Source: Candidatus Latescibacterota bacterium (GTDB lineage: Bacteria > Latescibacterota > UBA2968 > UBA8231). Taken from it: a stretch of 64,000 bases of DNA. The stretch spans positions 2,464,001-2,528,000 of the forward strand of contig OZ242318.1 in assembly GCA_965208105.1 (NCBI GenBank), given 5' to 3'. Each line of letters opens with the position of its first letter. Within the stretch, counting starts at the first letter, position 1. A program made the translations under genes and the position numbers. The notes beneath the pieces are model-generated. The model saw nothing but the letters and a program-made list of their open reading frames with translations. It had not been told where the DNA came from and made no database searches. Shown piece after piece: positions 1 to 9,417 of the stretch.

Positions 1-693
1 GAACTTCAGGTAGCGCCAGTTGACGTAGCGCTTGAACTCCAGGTCGCCCATGTCGACCCGGGCGGGCAACTCCTTGCCGGTCTCCTCGAGATAGAGCCGC
101 CGGCAATAGCGGCAGGTGCAGCCGCCGGTGCGGCGCTGGCCTTCGTCGGAGTGGGATCCCCAGTTCATGTCGTCGAAGTAGAGACCGTCCAGGTCGAGGC
201 AGTCGAGGAGCTCGACCATGTAGTCGGCGAGCCAGTCCCGGTAGGGGGAGTTCCAGCAGAACCACCCTTCGTTCCACACCTCCTCGCCGCCGTCGTCGAG
301 CATGCGGATGAGCCAGTCCGGATGCCTGTCGATCAGGGGTTTGGTGAAGATGAAAGGGTAGTAGGAGAGCACGACGATCCCTTTTTCATGGGCGAGATCG
401 ATGAACCTGCCGATGAGCTCGAAGTCCACGTCCTCCGGCGGCTCGACCATCTTCGACGGAAACAGGGGCCACCCCCGGCCCCGTTGGCCGCCGATCACCC
501 AGACCTCGACCCCGATGGCGGCCATGGCCTCGATCTCTTCCTCCATCGGGATGGCGACCGCACGCGCCTCGTCGCGTTTTTCCTGGCTGCGATGGATCGC
601 CGGCAGGCAGTCGGGGTAGCGTTCCAGGCGGCAGACCCGCTCTGCATAGGGCTTCTCCCGCAGTCTCTGTTCGGTGGAACCGACCCCAGCCAT
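1..693 (-). CDS. Glycoside hydrolase-like TIM-barrel protein (GHL6/GH151-like), runs off the window start
   Basis: Manual translation from ATG at 693 (GGAGG RBS upstream) stays open to position 1: ...HPDWL...FCWNSPYRDW...LDGLYFDD...GCTCRYC. Not in the ORF track because the stop codon lies outside the window. Confidence 0.7.
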   Translation of the reverse strand, partial: MAGVGSTEQRLREKPYAERVCRLERYPDCLPAIHRSQEKRDEARAVAIPMEEEIEAMAAIGVEVWVIGGQRGRGWPLFPSKMVEPPEDVDFELIGRFIDLAHEKGIVVLSYYPFIFTKPLIDRHPDWLIRMLDDGGEEVWNEGWFCWNSPYRDWLADYMVELLDCLDLDGLYFDDMNWGSHSDEGQRRTGGCTCRYCRRLYLEETGKELPARVDMGDLEFKRYVNWRYLKF

Positions 694-1084
694 GAGTGCC
701 TCCGTCTTTCAGGGTTTTCGCGCTGCCGGATTGCTCCCGCAGGCGTCGGTGCGGGCGCCGTGGGAGGGACCGGAAAGGTGGACCGTCGCCGGCGCCGCAA
801 GCGGCGGAAAGGGGAAATATCAGGAAGTATAGAGGAGCCCAGGGTGGTAGGTCAAGGGAATCGGCACGCCCCGTCCGCAGAAGACGAGGGCTCCGGTTGG
901 CCCTCCAGGTTATCCCCATGCCGTGACCGTCCGGACCGCCATTGGCGCCTGGGAAATATCCCGCGCAGCCGGCAATTGCACCCACCGGCTGCGGCACCTA
1001 TCTTGCTGGAACTCACAAGAAGCGGCCATGGGTCCGCGCCCCCCGGCGCGGCAAGGACCCTCGACGGCAGCTCGGGGAACGCAT

Positions 1085-2695
1085 ATGAACGCAAGGCGGC
1101 GAACCTTGCCGAAACTCAGGGAATCGATGGAGATGGCGGGGTTCAATCTGCTCGACATCCTCTCGCCGGCATACGACTACATGCCGCTGTGGAACATCAA
1201 GATCGACCGCGAGACCAAGCAGGCCCGCTGCAAAATGGACTATCCGGCCCACAACATCGGCAGGTGGTGGGACGCGATGCTGCGGCTGCAGGCCGCCACC
1301 GGTTTCGCCATTCCCGCAAAGCTCGAGAAGGCCATGCTCGAAAACCTCGAAAGATGCCTGGCCAACCCCCTTTCCATCTGCGGCCTGCTCCTTCCGCTCG
1401 AGCACCGGCCGCCGGGTTGGGCCGACGAGCATTCGCAGCGGGAGATCCTCCTGGCCCTGGCGGGCCTGGTGCGCTGGCGCGGGAGCGGTTGGGCCGCAGA
1501 GCAGGGAGAGAAACTGGTCCGCGCCCTGGACCGCTACATCCAGGAGGACGGGCACTGGGACTATGCCCTGATGGTGGATCTCGCCCGCAAGGCCGGCCTG
1601 CAAGTCGATGCGAATACTCCCGGGCAACGGGAGAGAAAGGGCGCACGGCTTACCGAGAACCACGGCCGCGCCCTGGAGGGGGTGCTGGAGTTCTATGCCG
1701 CGACGGGAAGCGCGGCGGCCCTGGCGCTGGCCGACCGCCTGGCGCGGTTTCATCTGCGGGTGGCGACCCGGCCCGACGGCTCGGTGCCCGAGTCCGACTT
1801 TCTCCACACCCACTCCCTCTTCGGAACCTACCGCGGCCTGTTGATGTACGGCCGGCTGACCCGGCAGCGCGACTACATCGACCGCATCGCCGCCACCTAT
1901 ACCGCCACCGTGCGCACCAGCGTCAAGCGGTCCGGGTTCATCTCACACGACTGGGAGCTGGATACGAAGGGGGAAACGGCCTCTCCGGGCGACGCCGCCC
2001 AACTGGCCCTCTGGCTCGCCCGCCTCGGATACGGCGAGTACCTGGACGACGCGGAGCGCATCGTCCGCTGCCGCATCCTGCCATCCCAGATCACCGAGCC
2101 CCTCGGCCTCACCCCCATGGAGGACGACGGCCGCGACGAGCACGCCAACCTCGACGCCCGCACCGTCGGCTCCTTCGGTGGAATGCACCGCCATCCCCAC
2201 GGCGAGACCTGGCCGACCACCGACATCACCGCGGCAGACCTCCACACCCTGTGCGATATCTACCAGGGGATCGTGGACTGCACCGAAGCTGGCCTCAGGG
2301 TGAACTTTCACTTCGACTACGAGGATTCGCGCCTGCGCATCGCCAGCGAGCGGGACCGCGTGGGGCGGCTGCGAATCTCCCTGAAGACGGCGCAGGCCCT
2401 GTTCATCCGCATCCCGGGATGGACAGCGGACGATTCGGTAAAGCTGGAGATAAACGGAAAAGCGGCCACCCCCGTACCCGTGGGGAGGTTTCTGTTCGTG
2501 GAGAAACAGGAACCCGGGTCCCTGGTCCACCTGAGCTACGAACTGCCCGAAGCCACCACCGCCGAAACCACCGACGGGGTGGAATACCGCATGCGGTGGC
2601 GCGGGGACGAGGTGGTGGGAATCAGCCCCAACACCGACTATCTGCCGTTCTACCCCGACATGGCCGCCGACCAGGCGCCGGGGCAAGGAGAATAG
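1085..2695 (+). CDS. Putative (alpha/alpha)6-barrel glycoside hydrolase, GH127/GH146-like
   Basis: ORF 923..2695; ATG 1085 is the likely start. Motifs HNIGRWWDA, HTHS, GETA, IRIPGW and a C-terminal beta-sandwich resemble beta-L-arabinofuranosidase-like proteins. Confidence 0.6.
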   Translation: MNARRRTLPKLRESMEMAGFNLLDILSPAYDYMPLWNIKIDRETKQARCKMDYPAHNIGRWWDAMLRLQAATGFAIPAKLEKAMLENLERCLANPLSICGLLLPLEHRPPGWADEHSQREILLALAGLVRWRGSGWAAEQGEKLVRALDRYIQEDGHWDYALMVDLARKAGLQVDANTPGQRERKGARLTENHGRALEGVLEFYAATGSAAALALADRLARFHLRVATRPDGSVPESDFLHTHSLFGTYRGLLMYGRLTRQRDYIDRIAATYTATVRTSVKRSGFISHDWELDTKGETASPGDAAQLALWLARLGYGEYLDDAERIVRCRILPSQITEPLGLTPMEDDGRDEHANLDARTVGSFGGMHRHPHGETWPTTDITAADLHTLCDIYQGIVDCTEAGLRVNFHFDYEDSRLRIASERDRVGRLRISLKTAQALFIRIPGWTADDSVKLEINGKAATPVPVGRFLFVEKQEPGSLVHLSYELPEATTAETTDGVEYRMRWRGDEVVGISPNTDYLPFYPDMAADQAPGQGE

Positions 2696-2784
2696 CTTGG
2701 ATCCACGACACCGGGAGGTAGCCGCCGAGTTGTTCCGGCGGGGCCAATCTCCAGCGAACTAAGGATCACAGGAGGCTTATTCCG

Positions 2785-3387
2785 TTGGCTATCGCAAAGA
2801 ATGTCGTAGATGCATCAAACTTCAATTCCGCTGCCTTTTTACCATACGAACTCCGCCATAAGGACTTCGAGATGGCGATGCAGGACATCTATGACTTCTT
2901 CTACGACATCAATTCGCACCTCCTTCAAAAGGGTCTCCAACGTCTCGACGATATGCTACGCCCAGCAATCATGTCCGGTGTACTTTCGGACATGGTGACG
3001 GCCAGCCTGGCTAAGCATTCTCGAGTACTTGCGGAGAACAAGTACTTCAATGGCCATCCCGACCTGGTCGTGCAGGGTGTCTATCCGGGAAATGAGGTAA
3101 AGGCAGGCGACAAGGGGATAGAAATCAAAACAACGAGGAAATCAGGCGGGGCGGTTGACACTCACGGCGCAAGAGACCAGTGGATGTGCGTTTTTGTCTA
3201 CAATGTGGACATTGAATCGGAACCGGCTTCAGATAGAAAACCAATGACGTTCACAGAAGTCTATTTGGGCCTTGTCACTGTTGACGACTTCAGGAAAAAC
3301 CCAAGAGGAGAACTCGGGACTCGGACCGCGACCCTCCACAGAGAAGGTATAAAAAAGCTTCGCGAAAACTGGCTATATAGGACATAG
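2785..3387 (+). CDS. Putative type II restriction endonuclease (PD-(D/E)xK fold)
   Basis: AGGAGG RBS before a TTG start; HPDL...IEIKTT catalytic-type motif; convergent with a DNA methyltransferase; lower GC than the flanks. Confidence 0.7.
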   Translation: MAIAKNVVDASNFNSAAFLPYELRHKDFEMAMQDIYDFFYDINSHLLQKGLQRLDDMLRPAIMSGVLSDMVTASLAKHSRVLAENKYFNGHPDLVVQGVYPGNEVKAGDKGIEIKTTRKSGGAVDTHGARDQWMCVFVYNVDIESEPASDRKPMTFTEVYLGLVTVDDFRKNPRGELGTRTATLHREGIKKLRENWLYRT

Positions 3388-3388
3388 C

Positions 3389-4546
3389 TCAAGCTTTGAC
3401 GTCTTGGCCGGGACATGCGAACCTGGCAAGTTTTGGTATTGACTTGACCCCCATCTCGAAGTAGTGGGGGTCTTTTTCGATGCCGATAGATTGATAGCCC
3501 ACTGCCTGGGCCGCAGCAAGCGTCGATCCTGCTCCGGCAAATGGGTCAACGACTACCCCTTCCCCAAGCGGCAGAACACCTCTGACCAACCGCCGCAGGA
3601 ATTCTTGCGGCTTGAGGCTCGGATGAGGGGCGAGTACCCTCTCGTTCTTTCTCGTTGGCGACGATCTTATCACATCGCCAAACGGTCTTTCTTCTGATGG
3701 CCGACGAAACCCGCCCGTCTTCCATCTCCGAAGGTTATCCTTCACTCTGCCCTCGATTGGCTTCCTGAAAAGGATCCATGGCTCCCACATGGACCTGGGC
3801 ATTACACTGACGCCCTTGAACTCCTCGTGGGCAGCCTTAGGGCGGTCACCCCCTCGCATTGTCATAACCAACCTGATGACATCGCCCCTCCTTTCGAGAC
3901 CAGCATCCGATAATGCATTTGAAACGATGAAGGAAAGCAACGGATTGGAGGCGACGACCAGGTTGGCTCCGGGAACCAGTTTTGGCATCAGGAGACGGGC
4001 CCAAACGAAAAAAAACTCGCGCAAATGCCCACGTTGCGAATCGGTGAGGGTCGTAAAGCGGGGCAACGGCGACCTGGCGTGTCCATCGAAGGACGGTGGA
4101 ATTCGCCATAGCCCTCCCCTGCCTTTTCTCAGTTTTGACTGTTCTTTTTCCGTGTATTCCTGAAGACCGTAGGGGGGGTCTGTCACCACCGCATGAATTG
4201 TCAAGTCTTCTTGTCTATCGAGCCAGTCAAAGCAATCGCCATGAATCAGCCGAGCTTTTCCATACTTGAATGGCGCCTTCCATTCCGTCGCACCCTCGAT
4301 CGAGCGCTGCAAGCTGCCATTGTAGTCTGGCCGCAGCCGGTAGATACCCCGTCTCTCTCTGACGAACATCTCAGGAGTATTCAGCCTCAAGTAGGATCGA
4401 ATTGAGGATTCCGGGGTGGGTCCTATAACTTTCGCCACACGTTCCTCAATCTGCTTGATGGATAAACTCTCAGAAGTCAGTGTCAGAATCTGAAGGATGG
4501 CATCGCGGACTCGTCCGGGGGCATATCTTGTGGAGTCTTCGCTCAT
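3389..4546 (-). CDS. Beta-class N6-adenine/N4-cytosine DNA methyltransferase with N-terminal winged-HTH-like extension
   Basis: TDPPY precedes HPSLKP and VVDPFAGAGST (beta order). The first ~75 aa look like a wHTH (LSIKQIEERV...PESSIRSYL...RGIYRL). Confidence 0.9.
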   Translation of the reverse strand: MSEDSTRYAPGRVRDAILQILTLTSESLSIKQIEERVAKVIGPTPESSIRSYLRLNTPEMFVRERRGIYRLRPDYNGSLQRSIEGATEWKAPFKYGKARLIHGDCFDWLDRQEDLTIHAVVTDPPYGLQEYTEKEQSKLRKGRGGLWRIPPSFDGHARSPLPRFTTLTDSQRGHLREFFFVWARLLMPKLVPGANLVVASNPLLSFIVSNALSDAGLERRGDVIRLVMTMRGGDRPKAAHEEFKGVSVMPRSMWEPWILFRKPIEGRVKDNLRRWKTGGFRRPSEERPFGDVIRSSPTRKNERVLAPHPSLKPQEFLRRLVRGVLPLGEGVVVDPFAGAGSTLAAAQAVGYQSIGIEKDPHYFEMGVKSIPKLARFACPGQDVKA

Positions 4547-4552
4547 ACTTAC

Positions 4553-4580
4553 ATTATAGACGTCCAGACGTCATTGTCAA
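4553..4580 (-). promoter_or_regulatory. Sigma70-type promoter of the methyltransferase, probably leaderless, with tandem GACGTC in the spacer
   Basis: Minus strand reads TTGACA-16 nt-TATAAT-6 nt-ATG. The spacer contains GACGTC-tg-GACGTC. Confidence 0.75.
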
Positions 4581-4792
4581 GGCAGGAGGAATAGCGCCAG
4601 TACGAAAAATTGACCCAACGGCGGCGGACTGCGGGCCAATGCTGCCACAAGCCTTACTCATGTACTCGCAACGAGGCCAGACCAATCAAGGTTTCCTTCC
4701 GGGTCTCTGAAAAGAGCGAAGATCACTATCCCCGGAATCGCGGCCGACCAGGCGCCAGGACAAGCGCAGTAGCCTGCCGCCATTGCGATGGG

Positions 4793-7708
4793 TTAAAAGT
4801 TGACCACCCAGCTGAACCGCGAGTCCCCCTCGTCAAAGCGATAGGCGTAGCCCAGGCCCATATCCAGGGGGACCGGCACCGAAAAGAGATGGAAGTCCGC
4901 CGTCAACTCGGCGCCGGCGGACTGGTAGGTTCTCGGAGGCCGGGAACCGCCCTCGCCGCGGCCGTGGTCGTAGAAGAAATCGACCTTGACGCGCTTGAAG
5001 TAGGCCAGCGCCCCCAGGTTCCAGTCCGGATAGATCAGCGGCAGGGCATAGCTGGCCGTCCCCTGGAGAAAGCGGCGGTGGAAGCGGTAGCCGTAGCCGC
5101 GGACGAAGGGCTGTTCGCTCGCAAAGCGGTAGGCAAGGGCATCTGCCGCCCCCGGGTCCTGCCATTCGTAACCACCCGCCAACCTCAGGCTGTGATGGGC
5201 GGCCAGACCGGGAAAGAGCAGCCCCAGCTGCCCAGACAGCAAGGTGCCGACGTAGTCTCCGGCAAAGGGCGTGTGGCGGCAGGCCAGCTGCAGGCTCTGA
5301 GCCCAGGCCGGGGCCAGGTCGCGCCGGGCCGAGTCGCGCTCCCGCTCGAAGACCAGCCGGTAGGTCAGCGGCGCAAAGCGCCCGTTGTGGTTTTCCGCGG
5401 ACAGTTCCTTTGCTTCTTGAGCCACACTTGTCGAGTCGGGCCAGAAGAGGTCGCCACCCGGCCGGTTCAGGTCGTCCCTGCCGGCGATGTCGGTCCATTC
5501 CGCACTTGCGCTCAAGTGGATTGCGGACAGCCAGGGTCCGCGGGAAAGATTCAGGGGCAGCCCGACGCCGGCGCTCAGGCTCTTCTCACTCCACCTGTCC
5601 GTCTCTTCTTCCTCCCTGACCTCTAGGCCGCCGCCTTCCATTACCCGCCGCCGAATCACGTACTCTCCCGCCCGCTCGCCCCAGCGCCCGCCGAGGCTGA
5701 GAACGGGGTACCACGCCGCCAGGCTGAAATCCCCCAGGACGCTGAAGGCGCTCTCGTTGCTGTTGTATTCGACTCCTGCGCTCGTGCTGCTGAGACCGAG
5801 CAGGTCGCTGGAGCTGAGATTGAGGGCATAGTTGGGCGGCAGGGGGCTGAAGGACCAGCTATGGATCTTGAGGAGATGGCCCAGCGGCCGATAGGCGCTC
5901 ACCGGATAGACCCGCCGTGGGATGTCCGCCATCACCGGACCGCCCTGCTCCTGGTCTATCAGCGGCTCGTAGTAGCGCACCTGGCGGTCTGCCACCTGCT
6001 CGACCGGCGTCCAGGCCGCCGGGTCCAGGGGCATGGCGGCGATGCGGTAGCCGTCAAGGGTGTACTCCTGGAAGAGGAGCGAATCGCCGGCCACCGCCGC
6101 GCGGGTGGCCGCAAGCGGGCGCGAGGTCACCTGGTAGCGGGCCCCGCTCGGAAGGTGGACGGCGTGGATGTTGTCGATGCCCGAATAGGGAGCGTCGAAG
6201 AGCAGGTAGGAACCCCAGAAGACCGGCCAGCCGATATTGGCGTGGGTATGCGGCAAAACGATCTCTCCCCGGCCATCGCCAGGATCGATGCGCTCGAGTG
6301 TGTTGCCGCGTTCGTCCTGCCTCACCACGGCGATATGGCGCCCGTCCTCCGACCATGCCGGGGTGCGCCAGAAGACCCCTGCGGGGGCTGAGAAGCGGGC
6401 CTGCTCGGCGCCACTGGCGGTCTCCAGCAGCACGAGGTGGCAGCGCAGATCCGGTCCGAATTCAATGGCGGCAAGGCGCCCGCCATCGGGAGAAGGGGCC
6501 GGGGCGAACAACTTGGCCTCGTGGGTGAGCTGGCGCATCCGACCGCTGTCGGTGTCCAGCACCACCACGTCGGAGTAGCTGCGATAGCCCCAGCGCCGGT
6601 CCGGGGTGGAGCGGTTCCAGGCCGCCTTGCCGCCGGATGCGCGGATTCCGCCCAGCGATTGATAGAAGCGCAGGCGCTCCTCGCGGCCGTCGGGGTGCAG
6701 CCGCACCAGGGCCGGCGGGTCGGCCAGGCCGCTCTTGCTCGCCAGCACGCTGCCGTCGGCCAGTAGATGCGGATATGAGTAGTTGGTCCAGACCCCCTGG
6801 CGGCTCTGCCCGGCGAGCACCCGCAGGGGCGTCGTGGACAGGTCTTCTTGCTGGGTCTGCCAAAGCTCGGTCAACTCGTCCATCGTCCGCTCGTAGGTGC
6901 GGGCGGCGCTGGCCCCGGTGTGCTGCCTGAGGGCAAAGCTGAAGGAAAAGGGGAAGGTGGGGACGAGGAACGCCCACCTGGTGGTGCTGCCCAGGACCTT
7001 GTCCCATTTCTCCGGACCGTAGCGGCGCTTGACGTAGGTGGTCATGAAGTACCCCAGCGGATAGTGGCTGGGGTACCAGTCGCGGTACGAACCGTGGTGT
7101 GCCTTGTAGTAGGAATAGCGCCGCCCCGCCAGAAGCAGGGAGCGGATGTGCAGATCGAACCGGGGCATGCGGCCGCGACCGGCCTCGCCCAGTGCGGTCT
7201 CGACTCCCACCGCATCTCCCTCCCAGAACCACGGCGGCACCAGCAACCACGCCATGGCATAGCCCTGTTCGCCGAAAAACAGCGATGCCAAGCGGACGAA
7301 GCCCCGGCGCATGCGGTCGAACTGCACCACGTGGCGCATTTCGTGGACCGCCAGCAACTGGTACCAATCGCCGCTGAGCAGCCTCGCGTTCTGGGGCGGC
7401 GTGCTGAACCACACGCTGCGGCGCGGTGCCAGGGAGACGAAACCGTTGGCCTGAGTCGACTGGTTGACCAGCACCACGTCCATGGGCTTCTGCGGCCCCC
7501 GCAGCGTTTTGGAGACCGGGCCGTAGATGTGCTCGAGCGTATTGGCCGCGCGCTGGGCCTCGCCAGTGATCGCCGCGGGAAAAATGACCTTGAACCGCTC
7601 GGTCCGGATCTGCCGCCAGTCCAATCCTGGCGGGCTTTGTTGGGCGAACGACGGTCCGGCGATCAGGGCCGCCAGCGCAACGGCTGTCAGCACCTTCCTC
7701 GTCAACAT
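4793..7708 (-). CDS. Secreted/outer-membrane protein: gluzincin-like peptidase + TolB-like beta-propeller + C-terminal beta-barrel
   Basis: Signal peptide (..SFA-QQ), HEMRH...WFWEG zinc motif, PD40-like repeats (PSPDG, PAWSEDG), terminal Phe. Confidence 0.75.
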   Translation of the reverse strand: MLTRKVLTAVALAALIAGPSFAQQSPPGLDWRQIRTERFKVIFPAAITGEAQRAANTLEHIYGPVSKTLRGPQKPMDVVLVNQSTQANGFVSLAPRRSVWFSTPPQNARLLSGDWYQLLAVHEMRHVVQFDRMRRGFVRLASLFFGEQGYAMAWLLVPPWFWEGDAVGVETALGEAGRGRMPRFDLHIRSLLLAGRRYSYYKAHHGSYRDWYPSHYPLGYFMTTYVKRRYGPEKWDKVLGSTTRWAFLVPTFPFSFSFALRQHTGASAARTYERTMDELTELWQTQQEDLSTTPLRVLAGQSRQGVWTNYSYPHLLADGSVLASKSGLADPPALVRLHPDGREERLRFYQSLGGIRASGGKAAWNRSTPDRRWGYRSYSDVVVLDTDSGRMRQLTHEAKLFAPAPSPDGGRLAAIEFGPDLRCHLVLLETASGAEQARFSAPAGVFWRTPAWSEDGRHIAVVRQDERGNTLERIDPGDGRGEIVLPHTHANIGWPVFWGSYLLFDAPYSGIDNIHAVHLPSGARYQVTSRPLAATRAAVAGDSLLFQEYTLDGYRIAAMPLDPAAWTPVEQVADRQVRYYEPLIDQEQGGPVMADIPRRVYPVSAYRPLGHLLKIHSWSFSPLPPNYALNLSSSDLLGLSSTSAGVEYNSNESAFSVLGDFSLAAWYPVLSLGGRWGERAGEYVIRRRVMEGGGLEVREEEETDRWSEKSLSAGVGLPLNLSRGPWLSAIHLSASAEWTDIAGRDDLNRPGGDLFWPDSTSVAQEAKELSAENHNGRFAPLTYRLVFERERDSARRDLAPAWAQSLQLACRHTPFAGDYVGTLLSGQLGLLFPGLAAHHSLRLAGGYEWQDPGAADALAYRFASEQPFVRGYGYRFHRRFLQGTASYALPLIYPDWNLGALAYFKRVKVDFFYDHGRGEGGSRPPRTYQSAGAELTADFHLFSVPVPLDMGLGYAYRFDEGDSRFSWVVNF

Positions 7709-7756
7709 GACTCCTCCGTGGTGATGGCCTGCAAAGTTCCTGCCTGCTTCTCTGGA

Positions 7757-7816
7757 ATGGCCCGGCCTTCTACCACGCGTCGACCCCGAGCAGCTTGCGC
7801 CCCAGCGGGGTCAGCT
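7757..7816. repeat. 60-bp direct repeat, copy 1 (duplicate of the phyH 3' end)
   Basis: Matches 8491-8550 with 3 mismatches; encodes LTPLGRKLLGVDAW* on the minus strand. Confidence 0.9.
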
Positions 7817-7988
7817 CGGCTGTCATCCCTTTGCTATAGTCAGCGGGGAACTGTCGTCTTTTAGGAAGTGCAGGCGGCTTGAAGACGATTCGTAGAGGTT
7901 GGGACGAAGTGGCGAACCGATAGATCTGCTCCACTCCAACCGGATGGGGCAAAAAGAGCGAACCGTCATGGTCTGTCAGAGGCTCGGC

Positions 7989-8273
7989 TCAGAGCTTGAT
8001 CACAGCGATGAGGATGCCGGTCAGCGCCACCATGGTGGTAATGAGCCAAGTAAAACGGGATTCAATGCGCTTGTTCGTCTCGGCTATCTGTTGGCTGAGC
8101 AACCGGTGAACTTCGTCAATGCGCTTGTTCGTCTCGGCTATCTGCTGACGCAGATCCTTGATGTCATCCCGCACCTGCTGGCGCAGGTCCTGGAGGTCTT
8201 CCCGCAGATAGGCGACGCCCCAGTGGGTATTGTCGGGGGACGGGTTGGCTTGAGACTCGGGCGTTTCTGACAC
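7989..8273 (-). CDS. Small coiled-coil protein with C-terminal TM helix (DUF1640/CCDC90-like)
   Basis: GTG start with AGGAG RBS; heptad pattern with QQIAETNKRI twice (29-bp exact repeat at 8062-8090 and 8116-8144); hydrophobic tail WLITTMVALTGILIAVIKL. Confidence 0.7.
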   Translation of the reverse strand: MSETPESQANPSPDNTHWGVAYLREDLQDLRQQVRDDIKDLRQQIAETNKRIDEVHRLLSQQIAETNKRIESRFTWLITTMVALTGILIAVIKL

Positions 8274-8490
8274 AAGGAACTCCTGCGTAGAAGGCGAGGG
8301 TTGCGAGAATATAGTCCCCGACCATGGGACGGGCAAGCCCACCGTCCGGCATGTGAGTGCCGCGACCCGCCGACCGCATATACCCGCTGTTCCCTGAGCG
8401 TACTCAATCCTTTGGCGCAAAGGCGAAACTGCATGGTGTATCTCCCCAATAGCATGGGAATCATTGCAGAATCCCTACCTTCCACCGGCC

Positions 8491-8550
8491 ATGGTCCGGC
8501 CTTCTACCACGCATCGACCCCGAGCAGCTTGCGGCCCAGCGGGGTCAGCT
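8491..8550. repeat. 60-bp direct repeat, copy 2 (3' end of the intact phyH gene)
   Basis: Matches 7757-7816. Confidence 0.9.
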
Positions 8551-9337
8551 TCGCCGTGGTCCCTTCGAAATGCTCTCCGGCCTTCTCGTTCCTCCCCAGG
8601 CCGGTCAGGCGCTGGCGCCACCAGCGCTCGCTCTCGGCCCGCGACTCGGGGCTGAGCTCGTCCGGAGCGGGGGTCATGGTGACGTACTGGGAGATTCGGG
8701 GGACCGCGGCGCGGTTCGGACTGCTGCCGTGGGGCAGGGCGCTGTGCCAGATCACCAGGTCGCCGGCGCCACCTCCGACCGCCACCGCCTGCTCGCCGAA
8801 TTGCTCGCGGACAAGCTCGCGAGGCTCGGCGCCCGCGGGCAGTGACTGCAGCCACTGGCGCAGCTTCAGGTGAAACCCGGGCACGCAGGAGAAGGCCCCC
8901 TGGTCGGCAGCGGTATCGGTGAGGTAGAGGATCCCCTGAACGCCGATCCGCTCCGGGAGATCCTCGATCCCGATGTCCCAGTGGAGCCAGGGCCCCTGGA
9001 ACTCCTGCCCGGGCCGCTCCGGGGGATTGATGCTGGCGCGGTCGCGGCTGACGAGCAGCTCGTGGGTGCCCCAGATCTGCGAAAACACCTGGTGTACGCG
9101 GGGATACTGGCGGTTGTCCCACAGCGCCTGGTGCTGGTAGATCTCCTTCATGATTCCGCGCGGGGGATCGAAGTACCAGGTCTCCGGGTCGCAGGGGTCC
9201 ATCCCGGCAAACTCCCACACCGCCTTCTCGGCGGCGCGGCAGTTCTCCGGAGGCACGACGCGGCGCGCGACAACGTAGCCGTTCTCCTCCCAGAACTGGA
9301 GGTCGGCGGGACTCAGGGGTGGTTCATGTGCGGTCAT
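8504..9337 (-). CDS. Phytanoyl-CoA dioxygenase (PhyH) family Fe/2OG dioxygenase
   Basis: FWEENGYVV, LHWD, CVPGFH, GDLVIWHSALPHGSSPN. Confidence 0.9.
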   Translation of the reverse strand: MTAHEPPLSPADLQFWEENGYVVARRVVPPENCRAAEKAVWEFAGMDPCDPETWYFDPPRGIMKEIYQHQALWDNRQYPRVHQVFSQIWGTHELLVSRDRASINPPERPGQEFQGPWLHWDIGIEDLPERIGVQGILYLTDTAADQGAFSCVPGFHLKLRQWLQSLPAGAEPRELVREQFGEQAVAVGGGAGDLVIWHSALPHGSSPNRAAVPRISQYVTMTPAPDELSPESRAESERWWRQRLTGLGRNEKAGEHFEGTTAKLTPLGRKLLGVDAW

Positions 9338-9417
9338 AGCTCATCTCCCGGCGCAGAAAGATCCGCCGGAATCAGCCCTTCTCCCCAGCCTCGTCAACCA
9401 AGCGAGTGGCGGGCGAG

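Noticed and set aside
151-2721. 856-aa plus-strand ORF and similar long ORFs (4610..5626, 6848..7864, 38431..39693, 49239..50261)
   Set aside because: Shadow or antisense frames of real genes in GC-rich DNA; Arg/Pro/Gly-rich with no motifs.
7770-7952. 60-aa ORF ending in the PhyH C-terminus
   Set aside because: Read-in to the duplicated 3' repeat; no RBS or domain.
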